A stretch of 46,689 nt of DNA from Campylobacterales bacterium (GTDB taxonomy: Bacteria; Campylobacterota; Campylobacteria; Campylobacterales; JALSKU01), in contig JALVXV010000116.1 in assembly GCA_027038235.1 (NCBI GenBank), positions 1 to 46,689 on the forward strand. The letters are read 5' to 3'. Shown here in pieces: positions 28,887-39,540 of the stretch (position 1 is the stretch's first letter; every line of letters begins with the position of its first letter). The notes beneath the pieces are model-generated. The model had not been told where the DNA came from, did no database searches, and saw only the letters and a program-made list of their open reading frames with translations. Both the position numbers and the translations under genes were made by a program.

Positions 28887-30230
28887 TTACTCAATAAAAT
28901 AATTCCCATCAAAACTTACCAATGAGTAGTTTCTATCATACCCTATAGCTTCCTTGAGTGCCTCAATACTTAAAAAAGTAAGACTGTCTGCTCCCATGTA
29001 GTCTCTTATTTCATCTTTTGTCTTATTTGCACTCATAAGCTCTTTAAAACTTGGTGTATCTATACCATACTTACAAGGATATTTTATCTCTGGAGCTGCT
29101 ATCATCATATGAACCTCTTTTGCTCCTGACTCTCTTAACATCTTTACTATCTGTTTAGAGGTAGTTCCTCTTACTAAAGAGTCATCTAAAACAATCACTC
29201 TTTTGCCATCTATCTTCTCTTTTATTGGTGATAGTTTTAATTTTACTTTCATATCTCTAAGCTCTTGAGTAGGCTCAATAAAAGTTCTTCCTACATAGTG
29301 ATTTCTTACAATTGCTAATTCAAAAGGAATACCACTTTTTTTAGAGTACCCTAAGGCTGCAGCTACTCCACTATCTGGAACTGGCACAACCATATCTGCC
29401 TCTATATGTGCTGCCTCATTTGCTAAAGCCCACCCAATTCTACCTCTTACTTTATAGACACTTTTTCTATCTATCACACTATCTGGTCTAGCAAAATAGA
29501 TATACTCAAATGCACAAGGTCTATAATCACTCTTATATAGCTGAATAGATTCCATCTTGTTAGGCAACTCTTTATCAAATATAAGCATTTCACCCGGTCT
29601 TATATCTCGTATAAACTTTGCCTTTACAAGATCAAATGCACAAGTTTCACTTGCTACTATATATCCACCATTTTCAAGCTTTCCAAGAGATAGCGGTCTT
29701 ACTCCATATCTATCTCTTATGACAAACATTTTACTCCTACTTTGGATAATAAAGCAGTATGCACCCTTTATCTTATCTAGTGCCTCAATAATTCTATCTT
29801 TTAAATGCTCCTTTTGACTTCTTGCTATCAAATGGACAACATTTTCTGTATCCATAGAAGTTGCAAATATAGCTCCCTCTTTTATAAGCTCTTTTCGTAC
29901 CTCATTTTTATTTATTAAGTTTCCGTTGTGCACTATTGATATTTCACCCAAAGAGTATCTAGCAAAAATGGGCTGTGCATCTAGTATGGAGTCATGACCA
30001 GCAGTAGAGTATCTATTATGACCTATTGCCATATCGCCTCTTAGTATATCCAATGAGTTATCATCAAATACTTCAGTTACTAAACCTCTACTCTTTATAG
30101 TTTTTATATGCTCTCCATCACTAGCACTTATGCCAGTAGCTTCTTGCCCTCTATGCTGCATAGCAAAAAGGGCATAGTAAGCTATTTTGGAGGCATTTTC
30201 ATCACCATACACTCCTACTACTGCACACAT
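28887..30230 (-). CDS. purF: amidophosphoribosyltransferase
   Basis: The N-terminal nucleophile sequence MCAVVGVYG and the PRTase loop VLDDSLVRGTT are present. Confidence 0.95.
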   Translation of the reverse strand: MCAVVGVYGDENASKIAYYALFAMQHRGQEATGISASDGEHIKTIKSRGLVTEVFDDNSLDILRGDMAIGHNRYSTAGHDSILDAQPIFARYSLGEISIVHNGNLINKNEVRKELIKEGAIFATSMDTENVVHLIARSQKEHLKDRIIEALDKIKGAYCFIIQSRSKMFVIRDRYGVRPLSLGKLENGGYIVASETCAFDLVKAKFIRDIRPGEMLIFDKELPNKMESIQLYKSDYRPCAFEYIYFARPDSVIDRKSVYKVRGRIGWALANEAAHIEADMVVPVPDSGVAAALGYSKKSGIPFELAIVRNHYVGRTFIEPTQELRDMKVKLKLSPIKEKIDGKRVIVLDDSLVRGTTSKQIVKMLRESGAKEVHMMIAAPEIKYPCKYGIDTPSFKELMSANKTKDEIRDYMGADSLTFLSIEALKEAIGYDRNYSLVSFDGNYFIE

Positions 30231-30231
30231 C

Positions 30232-31002
30232 TTAAAGCCCTAAACAATCATTTATACTATATAGCTTTGGCTCTTTATCTTTTATCCATTTAGCAGCTCT
30301 TATGGCACCTTTTGCAAAAGTATCTCTACTAGTTGCTGTGTGGTTTAATTCAATAAACTCGCCATCATTATAAAATCCCACAGTATGTCGTCCTACTATA
30401 TCGCCCCCTCTTAATGCCATGATAGCTATCTCATCTTTATCTCTTTCACCTATATTGCCATTTCTACCACTTACTCTAACCTCATCAAGTATCAGCCCTC
30501 TAGCATTAGCTACACTTTCACCCAAAGTCAAAGCAGTTCCACTTGGAGCATCTTTTTTATATCTGTGGTGCATTTCAACTATCTCTACATCAAAATCACT
30601 AAGTGCCTCTGAGGCTAAGTATGCTAACTTATTAAGCACCGCAACACCCAAAGACATATTGGTTGAATAAAGCACAGGTGAGAGTTTGCTTAACTCCTTT
30701 ATAAGATTGTGCTGATGAGGATTTAATCCTGTTGTGCCTATAACAAGTGGTCTTTGTATCTCATTTATAGCACACTCTACTAACGACTGTGTTCCTGCTG
30801 GTAGAGTAAAGTCTATAACTACATCAGAATTTTCCAAAAGTGTTTTGGTATCATTTGTTACCAAAACTCCTTTTGGCACTTCAAAACTAAACTCCTCTAT
30901 CGCATGTAAAACCTCTATCTTAGCCTTTGTATCATTTTTTAAATTTTCTATCAAGAGTTTTCCAACCCTTCCGGTAGATCCGTGAATTCCTACTTTTATC
31001 AA
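30232..31002 (-). CDS. dapB: 4-hydroxy-tetrahydrodipicolinate reductase
   Basis: The motifs GSTGRVG and [15 protein letters not shown] are present. Confidence 0.9.
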   Translation of the reverse strand: MIKVGIHGSTGRVGKLLIENLKNDTKAKIEVLHAIEEFSFEVPKGVLVTNDTKTLLENSDVVIDFTLPAGTQSLVECAINEIQRPLVIGTTGLNPHQHNLIKELSKLSPVLYSTNMSLGVAVLNKLAYLASEALSDFDVEIVEMHHRYKKDAPSGTALTLGESVANARGLILDEVRVSGRNGNIGERDKDEIAIMALRGGDIVGRHTVGFYNDGEFIELNHTATSRDTFAKGAIRAAKWIKDKEPKLYSINDCLGL

Positions 31003-31003
31003 T

Positions 31004-31945
31004 TTACTCTCCTAAAGAATCAACATAAGATATAGCTTTTATAGCAGCAGTTGCTCCATCACCTGCTGCACAGACTACCTGTTTTGGAGCCTCAATACGA
31101 ATATCACCTGCTGCAAATAGACCCTCAACTGATGTTCTCATGGAGAGATCTACTACAACCTCACCCCACTTATTTACATCACAAAGATATGATCCATCAC
31201 CCTGTTTTAAAACTGAATTATTTACATTCATTCCGACAAATACAAAAATCCCCGGAACTTTTATATCTCTTTCATTACCCTTTTTATCAGTAACTAAAAC
31301 ACCCTCAACTCCCATAGCATTACCATATACCTCTTTTACTACCGAGTTTAAAACAAGTTCAATATTTTCACTCTCTCTTACCCTTTTTATTGTTGCTGGA
31401 CTTGCTCTAAAAGCATCTCTTCTATGTATAAGATATACTTTTGAGCAAATTTTAGAAAGATATAAAGCCTCCTCCAAAGCTGTATCACCCCCTCCTAAAA
31501 CTGCTACCTCTTTATCTTTATAAAAAAATCCATCACAAGTAGCACAAGTACTTACACCTTTACCAAAAAATTCATCCTCACCCTTAAATCCAGCTCTTCT
31601 TGGAGTGCTTCCAGTGCAGACTATAACACTTTTAGCATCTACCTCTTCACCACCAGCTAAAAAGACTTTGAAACTTTTATCGCTATTTAAACTAACTCTT
31701 GTAACCTCTTTCATCTCATGCCTTAAGCCATACTTCATGCACTGTTCTGGCCAACTTTGCATAAGATCCATTCCTGAAATCTCCCCTGAAACTCCAGGAT
31801 AATTTTCTATCTCACTACTTTGAGTGATTTGACCTCCTGGCATACCCTTTTCAAACATCACCACATCTTTTAAACCACCTCTTGTGGCATAAAGTCCAGC
31901 AGTAAGACCAGCAGGTCCTCCACCAATAATTGCCAAATCTAACAT
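31004..31945 (-). CDS. trxB: thioredoxin-disulfide reductase
   Basis: There is a GGGPAG FAD-binding loop and the redox-active motif CATCDG. Confidence 0.95.
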   Translation of the reverse strand: MLDLAIIGGGPAGLTAGLYATRGGLKDVVMFEKGMPGGQITQSSEIENYPGVSGEISGMDLMQSWPEQCMKYGLRHEMKEVTRVSLNSDKSFKVFLAGGEEVDAKSVIVCTGSTPRRAGFKGEDEFFGKGVSTCATCDGFFYKDKEVAVLGGGDTALEEALYLSKICSKVYLIHRRDAFRASPATIKRVRESENIELVLNSVVKEVYGNAMGVEGVLVTDKKGNERDIKVPGIFVFVGMNVNNSVLKQGDGSYLCDVNKWGEVVVDLSMRTSVEGLFAAGDIRIEAPKQVVCAAGDGATAAIKAISYVDSLGE

Positions 31946-31966
31946 TTTTTATCCTTGCATCAATTT

Positions 31967-32422
31967 TTAATTTTTAATTGTCTCTATCATGCTATCTTGT
32001 TTGTATCTATTTTTTTTAACTCTTTTTATGATAAAAAGTGATGGTACTATATAGATATTAAATCTCTGTATAAAAGAGAGAAGTTGATTTATACCTGCTG
32101 TTAAATATATCACCCTTTTACTATTTTTAAATCTCTTTTGATATATATCTATGGCTAAAATTTTATATCTATTTTTTACTTTTTGTACTAAATTTTTAAG
32201 ATTGTCTTTATGGGAACTATATAAAATGACTACATATTTTTTCTCTTTGGGTTTGAATATATCTTTTTTTTCATAAAATATCCATTTGTCAAAATCGATA
32301 AATTTAAACTCTGCAAATTTATAGTTGAAGTATGCATATGCACTTGCTATCATTAATGCACCAAAAAATGATGCAAAGAGATAGTTAAGGGAGAAAAATT
32401 TTCTCCCTTTTTTTAAGCCCAT
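31967..32422 (-). CDS. membrane-anchored thioredoxin-fold-like protein lacking the CXXC motif (hypothetical)
   Basis: An N-terminal transmembrane segment is followed by a pattern resembling a Trx fold: VVILYSSHKD, then ILAIDIYQ, then a cis-Pro-like YIVPSLFII. There are no cysteines in the soluble part. Confidence 0.4.
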   Translation of the reverse strand: MGLKKGRKFFSLNYLFASFFGALMIASAYAYFNYKFAEFKFIDFDKWIFYEKKDIFKPKEKKYVVILYSSHKDNLKNLVQKVKNRYKILAIDIYQKRFKNSKRVIYLTAGINQLLSFIQRFNIYIVPSLFIIKRVKKNRYKQDSMIETIKN

Positions 32423-32424
32423 TT

Positions 32425-32742
32425 TTATAAAAGGGCATCCAATTTTTCAGCAATCACTTGCTTACCTGCTGCTCCTACCATTTGATCTACAAGATGACCA
32501 TCTTTAAAGAAAAGAATTGTAGGGATAGATCTAATTCCATACTGAATGGCAATATCTTGCTCTTCATCAGTATTTACCTTGCAAATCTTAGCCTTGCCAT
32601 CATAATCATTTGCCAACTCTTCGATAACTGGAGCTATCATTCTACAAGGTCCACACCATGGAGCCCAAAAATCAACCAAAGTTACACCCTCTTTTATAGT
32701 GTCGTTAAAATTAGATGCATTAAGTTCTAAATATTTTCCCAT
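32425..32742 (-). CDS. trxA: thioredoxin
   Basis: The WAPWCGPC active site is present. Length is 105 aa. Confidence 0.97.
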   Translation of the reverse strand: MGKYLELNASNFNDTIKEGVTLVDFWAPWCGPCRMIAPVIEELANDYDGKAKICKVNTDEEQDIAIQYGIRSIPTILFFKDGHLVDQMVGAAGKQVIAEKLDALL

Positions 32743-32810
32743 TATAATCTCCTTAAATTTTAAGTGTTATTACACTTTGAAGTGATATTATACTATCTTT
32801 TCTTTAAAAT

Positions 32811-32820
32811 CCGATATAAT
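32811..32820 (+). promoter_or_regulatory. candidate -10 region CCGATATAAT (sigma-28-like CCGATAT overlapping a TATAAT) upstream of the fliK-like gene
   Basis: It lies 36 nt upstream of ATG 32856. There is no TAAA at the canonical -35 spacing, so sigma-factor assignment is open. Confidence 0.3.
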
Positions 32821-32855
32821 ATCAAAAGTCAGTTTGTAAGATAAGAGGGATTTTA

Positions 32856-34307
32856 ATGTTTATATCTGATATTTTATCTGCTAGTATAAAACCAAATTTG
32901 CAATCTATTGAAAAGAGTATCAATAAAATTTTGGGTGAAATAAAGAGCTTCAATCCAAAAACTTCTCCCCAAAAGATTGAGGACTTTTTTCAAAAAGTGG
33001 TAGAACAAGCAGATAAATCTTTAGGGCAAAATAGCACAAAAAATATCAAAGATTTGCAAAATATATTAAATGAACTAAAAGATTTAGATTTTTATAAAAG
33101 CGATCCCAAAGCACTAAATAATTTAAAAGAAAAATTATCAACTTTGATAAAAAATCAACCCTCTACTTCATCTTTGACAACTTCACATAAAAAGATTTTA
33201 CGAAATTTATACCACAAAGCAGCTACACTTATAGAACCTAAAAAAGAGAATCCAAAAATAAAAGAGTTTATACAAAATATAAAGACTATTTTAGAGGATG
33301 ATTTAGCTCAAAAAGATATATCACCTAAGCTAAAAGATCTTCAAAATAGTTTTAATAAGCTAAAAGAGAGTCTATTAGATTCAACTAACTTAAAAAGCTC
33401 TATATCAAATCCTATTGGCTCAAAAGAGAGTCTATCAAACATAGTAAACATAAAAGAGACTTTAAAAACAATGCAACAAGAGATAAGCTCTCTTTTTAGC
33501 TCTTCGCCCAAGATAAAAAAGGAGTATAAAGAGTTTGGTACTTTGATAAAAGATACGATTTCAAATATAAAAACAGGCAAAATAAAGCTTTTAAACCAAA
33601 GACAAATGATAAAAAATATAGGAAATATTACAAAAAATATAGACATTGTTTTAACTCGTCTGCCAAATGATAAAAAATTTGAACCCATAAAAGAGGAGTT
33701 GTCAAAATTTGTTAAAAATATAAATGAGATAGATTTAAAAGCCAATATAAAAAATAGTGGCACAATTTATGAATCAAAAATAGCTCAACAAATTGATGAT
33801 AAAACCCTATCTTCACAAGTAGCAAAAAATGATGCAAAAGGTATTTTGCTCTCTTTAAAAAGTGATGCTAATATCTTAAAAAACCCTACCTTGCAAAATG
33901 CTATAGATAATGCACTTTCACAAATAAATGCTATCCAAGCCAATGCTCTATTGGGACAAAATTTTGCCTCATATATTCCATTTGCTTGGGAGAGTTTAAA
34001 AGATGGACATTTTACCATCTCAAAATTAAAAAAAGAGGATGGCTTTAGTTGCAAAATAGAGCTTGATTTGGAAAATTATGATAAAGTTGATATACTTATG
34101 CTTTTTCATAAAGAGTTACTATCTATCAAGATAGATACAGAGAATCAAGAGTTTAAAAATCTACTACAAAAAGAGTATATAAATTTGCAAAACTCTTTAG
34201 ATAAGTTGGGTTTTCAAACAACTATATTTTTTGCAAAAAAGCAGCAAAAAGGCTACTTAGCTGGAGAAAATTTTAACAATACACTAGATATGGATATAAA
34301 AGCATGA
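32856..34307 (+). CDS. flagellar hook-length control protein FliK-like
   Basis: The 483-aa protein is K/N/S-rich and repetitive, with a FliK-type C-terminal block (FSCKIELDLENYDKVDILMLFHKELLSIKIDTENQEFKNLLQKEYINLQNSLDKLGF). It is followed by an flhB-C-terminal-like gene. Confidence 0.55.
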   Translation: MFISDILSASIKPNLQSIEKSINKILGEIKSFNPKTSPQKIEDFFQKVVEQADKSLGQNSTKNIKDLQNILNELKDLDFYKSDPKALNNLKEKLSTLIKNQPSTSSLTTSHKKILRNLYHKAATLIEPKKENPKIKEFIQNIKTILEDDLAQKDISPKLKDLQNSFNKLKESLLDSTNLKSSISNPIGSKESLSNIVNIKETLKTMQQEISSLFSSSPKIKKEYKEFGTLIKDTISNIKTGKIKLLNQRQMIKNIGNITKNIDIVLTRLPNDKKFEPIKEELSKFVKNINEIDLKANIKNSGTIYESKIAQQIDDKTLSSQVAKNDAKGILLSLKSDANILKNPTLQNAIDNALSQINAIQANALLGQNFASYIPFAWESLKDGHFTISKLKKEDGFSCKIELDLENYDKVDILMLFHKELLSIKIDTENQEFKNLLQKEYINLQNSLDKLGFQTTIFFAKKQQKGYLAGENFNNTLDMDIKA

Positions 34308-34561
34308 ACAAGAAAAAAGCTGTAGCACTAAAGTATGACAAAGAGAAAAATAGTGCCCCTAAAGTTACTGCAAAAGGTGAGGGAGAGATAGCTAAAAATA
34401 TATTAAAAGCTGCAAAAGAGCATGATATACCAATACAGGAGGATAAAGACTTAGTAGAGATGCTAAGCAAAATAGAGCTTGATAAGGAGATACCTCCAAA
34501 TCTATACAAAGCTGTCGCAGAGGTTTTTTCATTTATCTATAAACACTCTAAATTAAAGTAA
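34304..34561 (+). CDS. FlhB C-terminal-domain-like protein (EscU/YscU/HrcU family, no TM region)
   Basis: The 85-aa protein reads [49 protein letters not shown]...[17 protein letters not shown]. Confidence 0.75.
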   Translation: MNKKKAVALKYDKEKNSAPKVTAKGEGEIAKNILKAAKEHDIPIQEDKDLVEMLSKIELDKEIPPNLYKAVAEVFSFIYKHSKLK

Positions 34562-34877
34562 TATTTTCTAAAAGTTCAATATCTCCTTCTCTTATAATAA
34601 GTGCATCTATGACTATCTCAGTATCAATTTTGTTTTTTAACATATAATAATCAACTGTTTTTAGGATTTTATCCAATTTTTTAGGAGTTATGGCATATAT
34701 TGGATCAAAATTTTTGCCAGATTTTACCTCAATAAAGTGTAAAACTCTATTTTTTTTAGCAATGATATCAATTTCACCAAATTTTGAGTAGAAGTTTCTC
34801 TTAACTATTTCAAAGCCTAACCCCTTTAAATATTTTATAGCCCTATCTTCGGCTAAATTGCCTACTGCTCTACTCAT
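34548..34877 (-). CDS. YraN-family (UPF0102) putative endonuclease
   Basis: The GEIDIIAKK...FIEVKSG motif is present. I set the start at ATG 34877 ([13 protein letters not shown]), which overlaps the upstream stop (ATGAGTAG). Confidence 0.8.
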   Translation of the reverse strand: MSRAVGNLAEDRAIKYLKGLGFEIVKRNFYSKFGEIDIIAKKNRVLHFIEVKSGKNFDPIYAITPKKLDKILKTVDYYMLKNKIDTEIVIDALIIREGDIELLENITLI

Positions 34878-36981
34878 TTTCGTAATTTGTAACTCCAAAA
34901 TTGGTATCTGCTTTTTCTATATCCACTTTAACAGATTTAAACCTTGCACTCTTAGTAAGCTCATCACTTTCATCTCCAAAAAGGTAGTTTATATTGCTTT
35001 TAGCATGATGAAAACTACAAAAAAGAGTTCCTTTTTTCAATTTTTTTGTCATCTTTATCTTTAGAGGTGATGTCTTGCCATATTTAGAAGATAGTATCAC
35101 TCTATCTACACCCTTAAAAAACTCTTCATCATCTTTGCTTACATGAAGAATATCTTCAGCATATCTCTTTAAAAGAGTTGGTGAGTGTTTTGTTTGAGAT
35201 GCATTATTATATTGTGCTATTACCCTACCTGTACTTAGATAAAAGCCACCTCTTTTTTTTCTATAAAGCTCCTCAACCATTCCTCTTAAAAAATATCTCC
35301 TATAACTTAAGTGTGCCTTTTTGTCATATGTTCTAAAGCTATCTTTATGCAATCTCTTAGTTTCATCTATACCTATAGGCCACTGAAGTCCTTGAAGTCT
35401 ATTTTGTTTAAGCCTATCATAATCAGCCCCTTTAAATCTCTCATTTGCCACCTCCCTTACTTCATCCCATATCTCTTTGGAAGAGTTGTATAAAAAATTT
35501 TTATTAAATTGATTTGCTATAGATACTATTACCTCCCAATCATCAGGCAGATCACTATTTACCAAAGGTGATGAGAGATGCAATCTTCTTTCAGCATTTA
35601 TATAAACTCCCTCTTTTTCATATGCACTTTTGACTCCAAAAATAATATCAGCATATTTTGTTGTCTCTACATCAAAAAGCTCCATCACCATGATAAATTC
35701 AAGCTCTTGAAGTGCATCTTTTATTCTGTTTTGATTTGGATGGATATGGGCTATATCTTCACCCATATTTAAAAGTGCTTTTACTTTTCCATCGCACATA
35801 TCATTTATCAAATCAGGAGTTTTTTTACCTTCTCTATCAGGAGTTTTGTAATCAGGCAAAAAATAGGGCAGACACCCCATATCACAAACTCCCTGGACAT
35901 TATTTTGTCCACGAAGAGGTATAAGTCCCTTGCCAACTCCACCAATATTGCCTGTAATAACTGCTAAATTACATATAGCCTCAACTGCATACGAACCGTC
36001 AATATGCTCCGTAACTCCAAGTCCCCAAAGTATGATAGATCTACTTTTTGCATACTCTCTTGCAACTCTTTTTATAAGTTTACTTAAGTGTTCATACCCT
36101 TTGATATTTAAAAAAAAGTCTGGGTTAGCATAGGGGTCATTTAATATCTTTTTTTTATACTCTTCAAATCCCACCACTCTTTCTTTGATAAACTCTTTAT
36201 CTTCCAAACCTTCAAAGAGTATAACAAAACTCATCATATTAAGCACCAATAAATTACTCTCATGTGGCAAAGTTACATCATATGTCGCACTTGCACTTAT
36301 ATGGGTCTCTCTTATATCAAAAACTGCTACTTTTTTACCATTTTTAAGTGCATTAGTTACTCTAGTTGCAGCTATGGGATGGGCATTGGTTGTATTGGAG
36401 CCAAATATCATGATAAATTCAGTAGCCTCTATATCATCAAAGGGATTGGTAGCAGCACCTTCTCCTATAACCTCTCTCATGCCTTTTAGGCTAGGAGCAT
36501 GGCACACTCTGGCACAATTATCTATATGGGGACTTAGTATAACTTCTCTGATAAATTTTTGAAAGATATAGCCACTCTCACAACTACTTCTAGCTCCACC
36601 TATGCCGACTATGCTATCACTTCCATATAGATCTCTAATTCGCCCAAGTTTCCAAGCTGCTATCTTATATGCTAACTCTAAAGATGGATATATAAACTCC
36701 TCATCTTCCTTTATAGGCTTTTTTAGTGCCTCTTTTATCTCCTTTGGAAAATAGAGCTCATTTTTATATAAAAAATTTTTTCTTATTTTAACTGATGGAA
36801 GTCTCATTTTTGAATGTACAAAATCCCAACCAGATTTACCTTTGATACAGAGTTTTCCTCTGCTTATGGTCGCCTCTTTTTTTGCATAAATTTTTTGTAT
36901 AGTATTATCTTTTACAATGCCGGTTATCTCACACCCTACCCCACAATAAGTACAAACAGAGTCTATCTCTTTTATGCTCAA
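34870..36981 (-). CDS. molybdopterin (bis-MGD) oxidoreductase, FdhF/formate dehydrogenase-alpha-like
   Basis: The N-terminal 4Fe-4S motif is [12 protein letters not shown]...CIKG. The sequence [11 protein letters not shown] corresponds to the Sec/Cys ligand region of FdhF. Length is 703 aa. Confidence 0.75.
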   Translation of the reverse strand: MSIKEIDSVCTYCGVGCEITGIVKDNTIQKIYAKKEATISRGKLCIKGKSGWDFVHSKMRLPSVKIRKNFLYKNELYFPKEIKEALKKPIKEDEEFIYPSLELAYKIAAWKLGRIRDLYGSDSIVGIGGARSSCESGYIFQKFIREVILSPHIDNCARVCHAPSLKGMREVIGEGAATNPFDDIEATEFIMIFGSNTTNAHPIAATRVTNALKNGKKVAVFDIRETHISASATYDVTLPHESNLLVLNMMSFVILFEGLEDKEFIKERVVGFEEYKKKILNDPYANPDFFLNIKGYEHLSKLIKRVAREYAKSRSIILWGLGVTEHIDGSYAVEAICNLAVITGNIGGVGKGLIPLRGQNNVQGVCDMGCLPYFLPDYKTPDREGKKTPDLINDMCDGKVKALLNMGEDIAHIHPNQNRIKDALQELEFIMVMELFDVETTKYADIIFGVKSAYEKEGVYINAERRLHLSSPLVNSDLPDDWEVIVSIANQFNKNFLYNSSKEIWDEVREVANERFKGADYDRLKQNRLQGLQWPIGIDETKRLHKDSFRTYDKKAHLSYRRYFLRGMVEELYRKKRGGFYLSTGRVIAQYNNASQTKHSPTLLKRYAEDILHVSKDDEEFFKGVDRVILSSKYGKTSPLKIKMTKKLKKGTLFCSFHHAKSNINYLFGDESDELTKSARFKSVKVDIEKADTNFGVTNYENE

Positions 36982-38243
36982 TCTTCAATCCTGATCATTG
37001 CTGGAGGCTCTTTGACAAAATCAAGTGTTTCTATATGTTTTAATGCATCTTTTATCTTTGATTCTTTGCATTTATGAGTTGAAAAAAGAAGTGTAGTTCT
37101 TTCTTGATTTTTTGATGATTTTTGCAAAAAACTATCTATTGATATGCCAAATTTTGCAAATATTGCTGAAGTCTTACTCAAAACTCCAATCTCATCAACT
37201 ACACTCATTCTCACATAGTATTCGCTCTTGATATCATCACTACAAACCAAACTCAAATCATCAAAACTTATAAGCTTTTTAAAGCCTAGCATAGGTGAGG
37301 CATCACCTCTTGCAATGGATATAATATCTGACACTACGGCACTAGCAGTAGCATCTCCACCTGCTCCTGCTCCATAGTATAGTGTCTCACCTACAAAATC
37401 ACCCACTACACTTATGCCATTCATAACACCATCAACTTTTGCTATCATTTGCTCTTTTTTGATAAGTGCTGGATGAACTCTAAGTTCAACTTTGCCTTTT
37501 AATTTTTTTGCAATTGCTAAGAGCTTGATATTGTATCCAAACTCTTTTGCAAAAAATATATCCTCTTTTGTAATACCCTCTATTCCCTCTATGAGTATAT
37601 CTTCAGGTTTTGCATCTATACCATAAGCAATAGAAGCAAGTATTAAAAGCTTATGACTTGCATCAAATCCACCTATATCAAATGTAGGATCAGCTTCAGC
37701 ATAGCCTAACTCTTGAGCCTCTTTTAAAACTTCATCAAAGCTTACTCCATCATTTATCATCTTTGTAAGCATATAGTTGCAAGTTCCATTTAGTATCCCC
37801 TTTATTGAGAGTATTCTATTTGCACTTAAACCCTCTCTTAGAGCCTTGATGATGGGGATACCACCTGCAACACTTGCCTCAAAACCAAAACCCTTTCCAT
37901 CTGCAAGTTGTTGTAATTCATATCTATGATATGCTAAAAGTGCTTTGTTTGCAGTAACTACAGATTTGCCTTTTTGTAGAGCTTTTTTTACTATTTTATA
38001 TGCCTGTTCTACTCCACCAATAAGCTCTACAACTAGATCTATACTTTCATCTTCAAGTATATCATCTACATTATCACTTAAAACGATACCCAAATTTTGA
38101 TGTTTTTTTATATCTCTTGCAACTCCAATAGATGGAACTATCTTTACCCCTGCCCTTGCTGATATAATCTTCTCATTCTCCTTTAAAATCTTAACAACAC
38201 TACTTCCAACAGTGCCAAGACCCACAATTCCTACTTTTAACAT
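36978..38243 (-). CDS. hom: homoserine dehydrogenase
   Basis: There is a GLGTVGS Rossmann loop, a catalytic domain and a C-terminal ACT domain. Confidence 0.9.
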   Translation of the reverse strand: MLKVGIVGLGTVGSSVVKILKENEKIISARAGVKIVPSIGVARDIKKHQNLGIVLSDNVDDILEDESIDLVVELIGGVEQAYKIVKKALQKGKSVVTANKALLAYHRYELQQLADGKGFGFEASVAGGIPIIKALREGLSANRILSIKGILNGTCNYMLTKMINDGVSFDEVLKEAQELGYAEADPTFDIGGFDASHKLLILASIAYGIDAKPEDILIEGIEGITKEDIFFAKEFGYNIKLLAIAKKLKGKVELRVHPALIKKEQMIAKVDGVMNGISVVGDFVGETLYYGAGAGGDATASAVVSDIISIARGDASPMLGFKKLISFDDLSLVCSDDIKSEYYVRMSVVDEIGVLSKTSAIFAKFGISIDSFLQKSSKNQERTTLLFSTHKCKESKIKDALKHIETLDFVKEPPAMIRIED

Positions 38244-38268
38244 CTTTTATCCTCTTTGTTTTTTAAAA

Positions 38269-38317
38269 AGCTAAGAGCCAAAAAAGCACTCAGCTCTAAG
38301 CTCTAAGCTCTAAGCCC
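38269..38317. repeat. class B heptamer arrays (AGCTAAGAGCC - loop - CAGCTCT AAGCTCT AAGCTCT AAGCCC)
   Basis: Read directly from the sequence. The last six codons and the TAG stop of the aminotransferase gene lie inside the right arm. Confidence 0.95.
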
Positions 38318-39516
38318 TTTCTAAGATACTGCTTTATATTTCTAGCAGCTTGTCTTATTCGATTGTGATTTTCGATGAGTGCTATTCTTACATACTCATC
38401 TCCATGCTCTCCAAAACCAATACCCGGACTAACTGCCACTTTTGCCTCTTTTAAAAGTTGCTTTGAAAACTCCATACTTCCAAGCTCTCTTAAAGGCTCT
38501 GGGATTTTAGCCCATACAAACATAGTGGCATTTGGTTTTTCTATATGCCAATTTGCATTTGCAAAACTTTTTATCAAAACATCTCGTCTGCTTTTGTAGA
38601 TTTGAGTGATCTCTTTGACACAATCTTGAGGAGCATTTAGTGCAACAGTAGCAGCTACTTGAATAGGGGTAAACATTCCATAATCAAACCAACTTTTTAT
38701 CTTTTGTAAAGCTCCTATTAGTTTTGGATTGCCTACTACAAAGCCTACTCTCCATCCAGCCATATTGTAGCTTTTGCTTAGTGTAAAGCTCTCAACTGCT
38801 ACCTCTTTTGCACCCTCTACCTCAAAAATAGAAGGGGTCTTATATCCATCATAGGTCAAATCAGCATAAGCTATATCGCTAAGTATATAAAATCTCTCCC
38901 TTTTAGCAATTTCAACCAATCTCTCATAAAAATCCTTTTTCACAGTTACAGTTGTTGGATTGTGAGGAAAGTTAACTACTAAAAACTTTGGCTTTGGCAT
39001 TGATTCTTCTATACTATGCTTTAAACTTTCAAAAAATTTATCATAATCAAGCTCATACTTTTTATTATAAAAAAAGGGCATTTTTACAACATTACCACCA
39101 GCTATTATAAAAGCATGAGTATGTATAGGATAGGCTGGTTCTGGCACTATGGCTACATCTCCTGGGTTGGTAATAGCTTGAATGAGATGAACATACCCCT
39201 CTTTGCTACCCATAGTGGCTACTGCTTCTGTTTCAGGATCAAAAATAGCTCCATATCTCTTCTCATACCAATTGGTTATAGCAAGACGAAGTTTATATAT
39301 GCCTTTGCTTACAGAGTAGCCATAATTTTTAGGTTTTTGGGCAGCCTCTATCAATTTTTCAACTATATGAGGAGGTGTAGGACCATCTGGATTGCCCATA
39401 GAGAAGTCTATGATATCCTCTCCAGCTCTTCTAGCTTTCATCTTTATCTCATTTATTTCAGCAAAAACATAATTTGGAAGTCTATTTATGGCATTAAATT
39501 GAATCTCTTCAAACAT
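38296..39516 (-). CDS. alaC: PLP-dependent aminotransferase, AlaC/YfdZ-like
   Basis: The N-terminus INRLPNYVFAEINEIKMKARRAGEDIIDFSMGNPDGPTPPHIVEKL closely matches what I recall of the E. coli YfdZ/AlaC N-terminus. Confidence 0.65.
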   Translation of the reverse strand: MFEEIQFNAINRLPNYVFAEINEIKMKARRAGEDIIDFSMGNPDGPTPPHIVEKLIEAAQKPKNYGYSVSKGIYKLRLAITNWYEKRYGAIFDPETEAVATMGSKEGYVHLIQAITNPGDVAIVPEPAYPIHTHAFIIAGGNVVKMPFFYNKKYELDYDKFFESLKHSIEESMPKPKFLVVNFPHNPTTVTVKKDFYERLVEIAKRERFYILSDIAYADLTYDGYKTPSIFEVEGAKEVAVESFTLSKSYNMAGWRVGFVVGNPKLIGALQKIKSWFDYGMFTPIQVAATVALNAPQDCVKEITQIYKSRRDVLIKSFANANWHIEKPNATMFVWAKIPEPLRELGSMEFSKQLLKEAKVAVSPGIGFGEHGDEYVRIALIENHNRIRQAARNIKQYLRKGLELRA

Positions 39517-39540
39517 CTTTTATCCTTGTTAAAGTAATAT

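Noticed and set aside
36400-36500. Possible selenocysteine (in-frame TGA) in the FdhF-like gene.
   Set aside because: The ORF is uninterrupted and the ligand position is encoded as Cys (ARVCHAPS). No recoding is needed.
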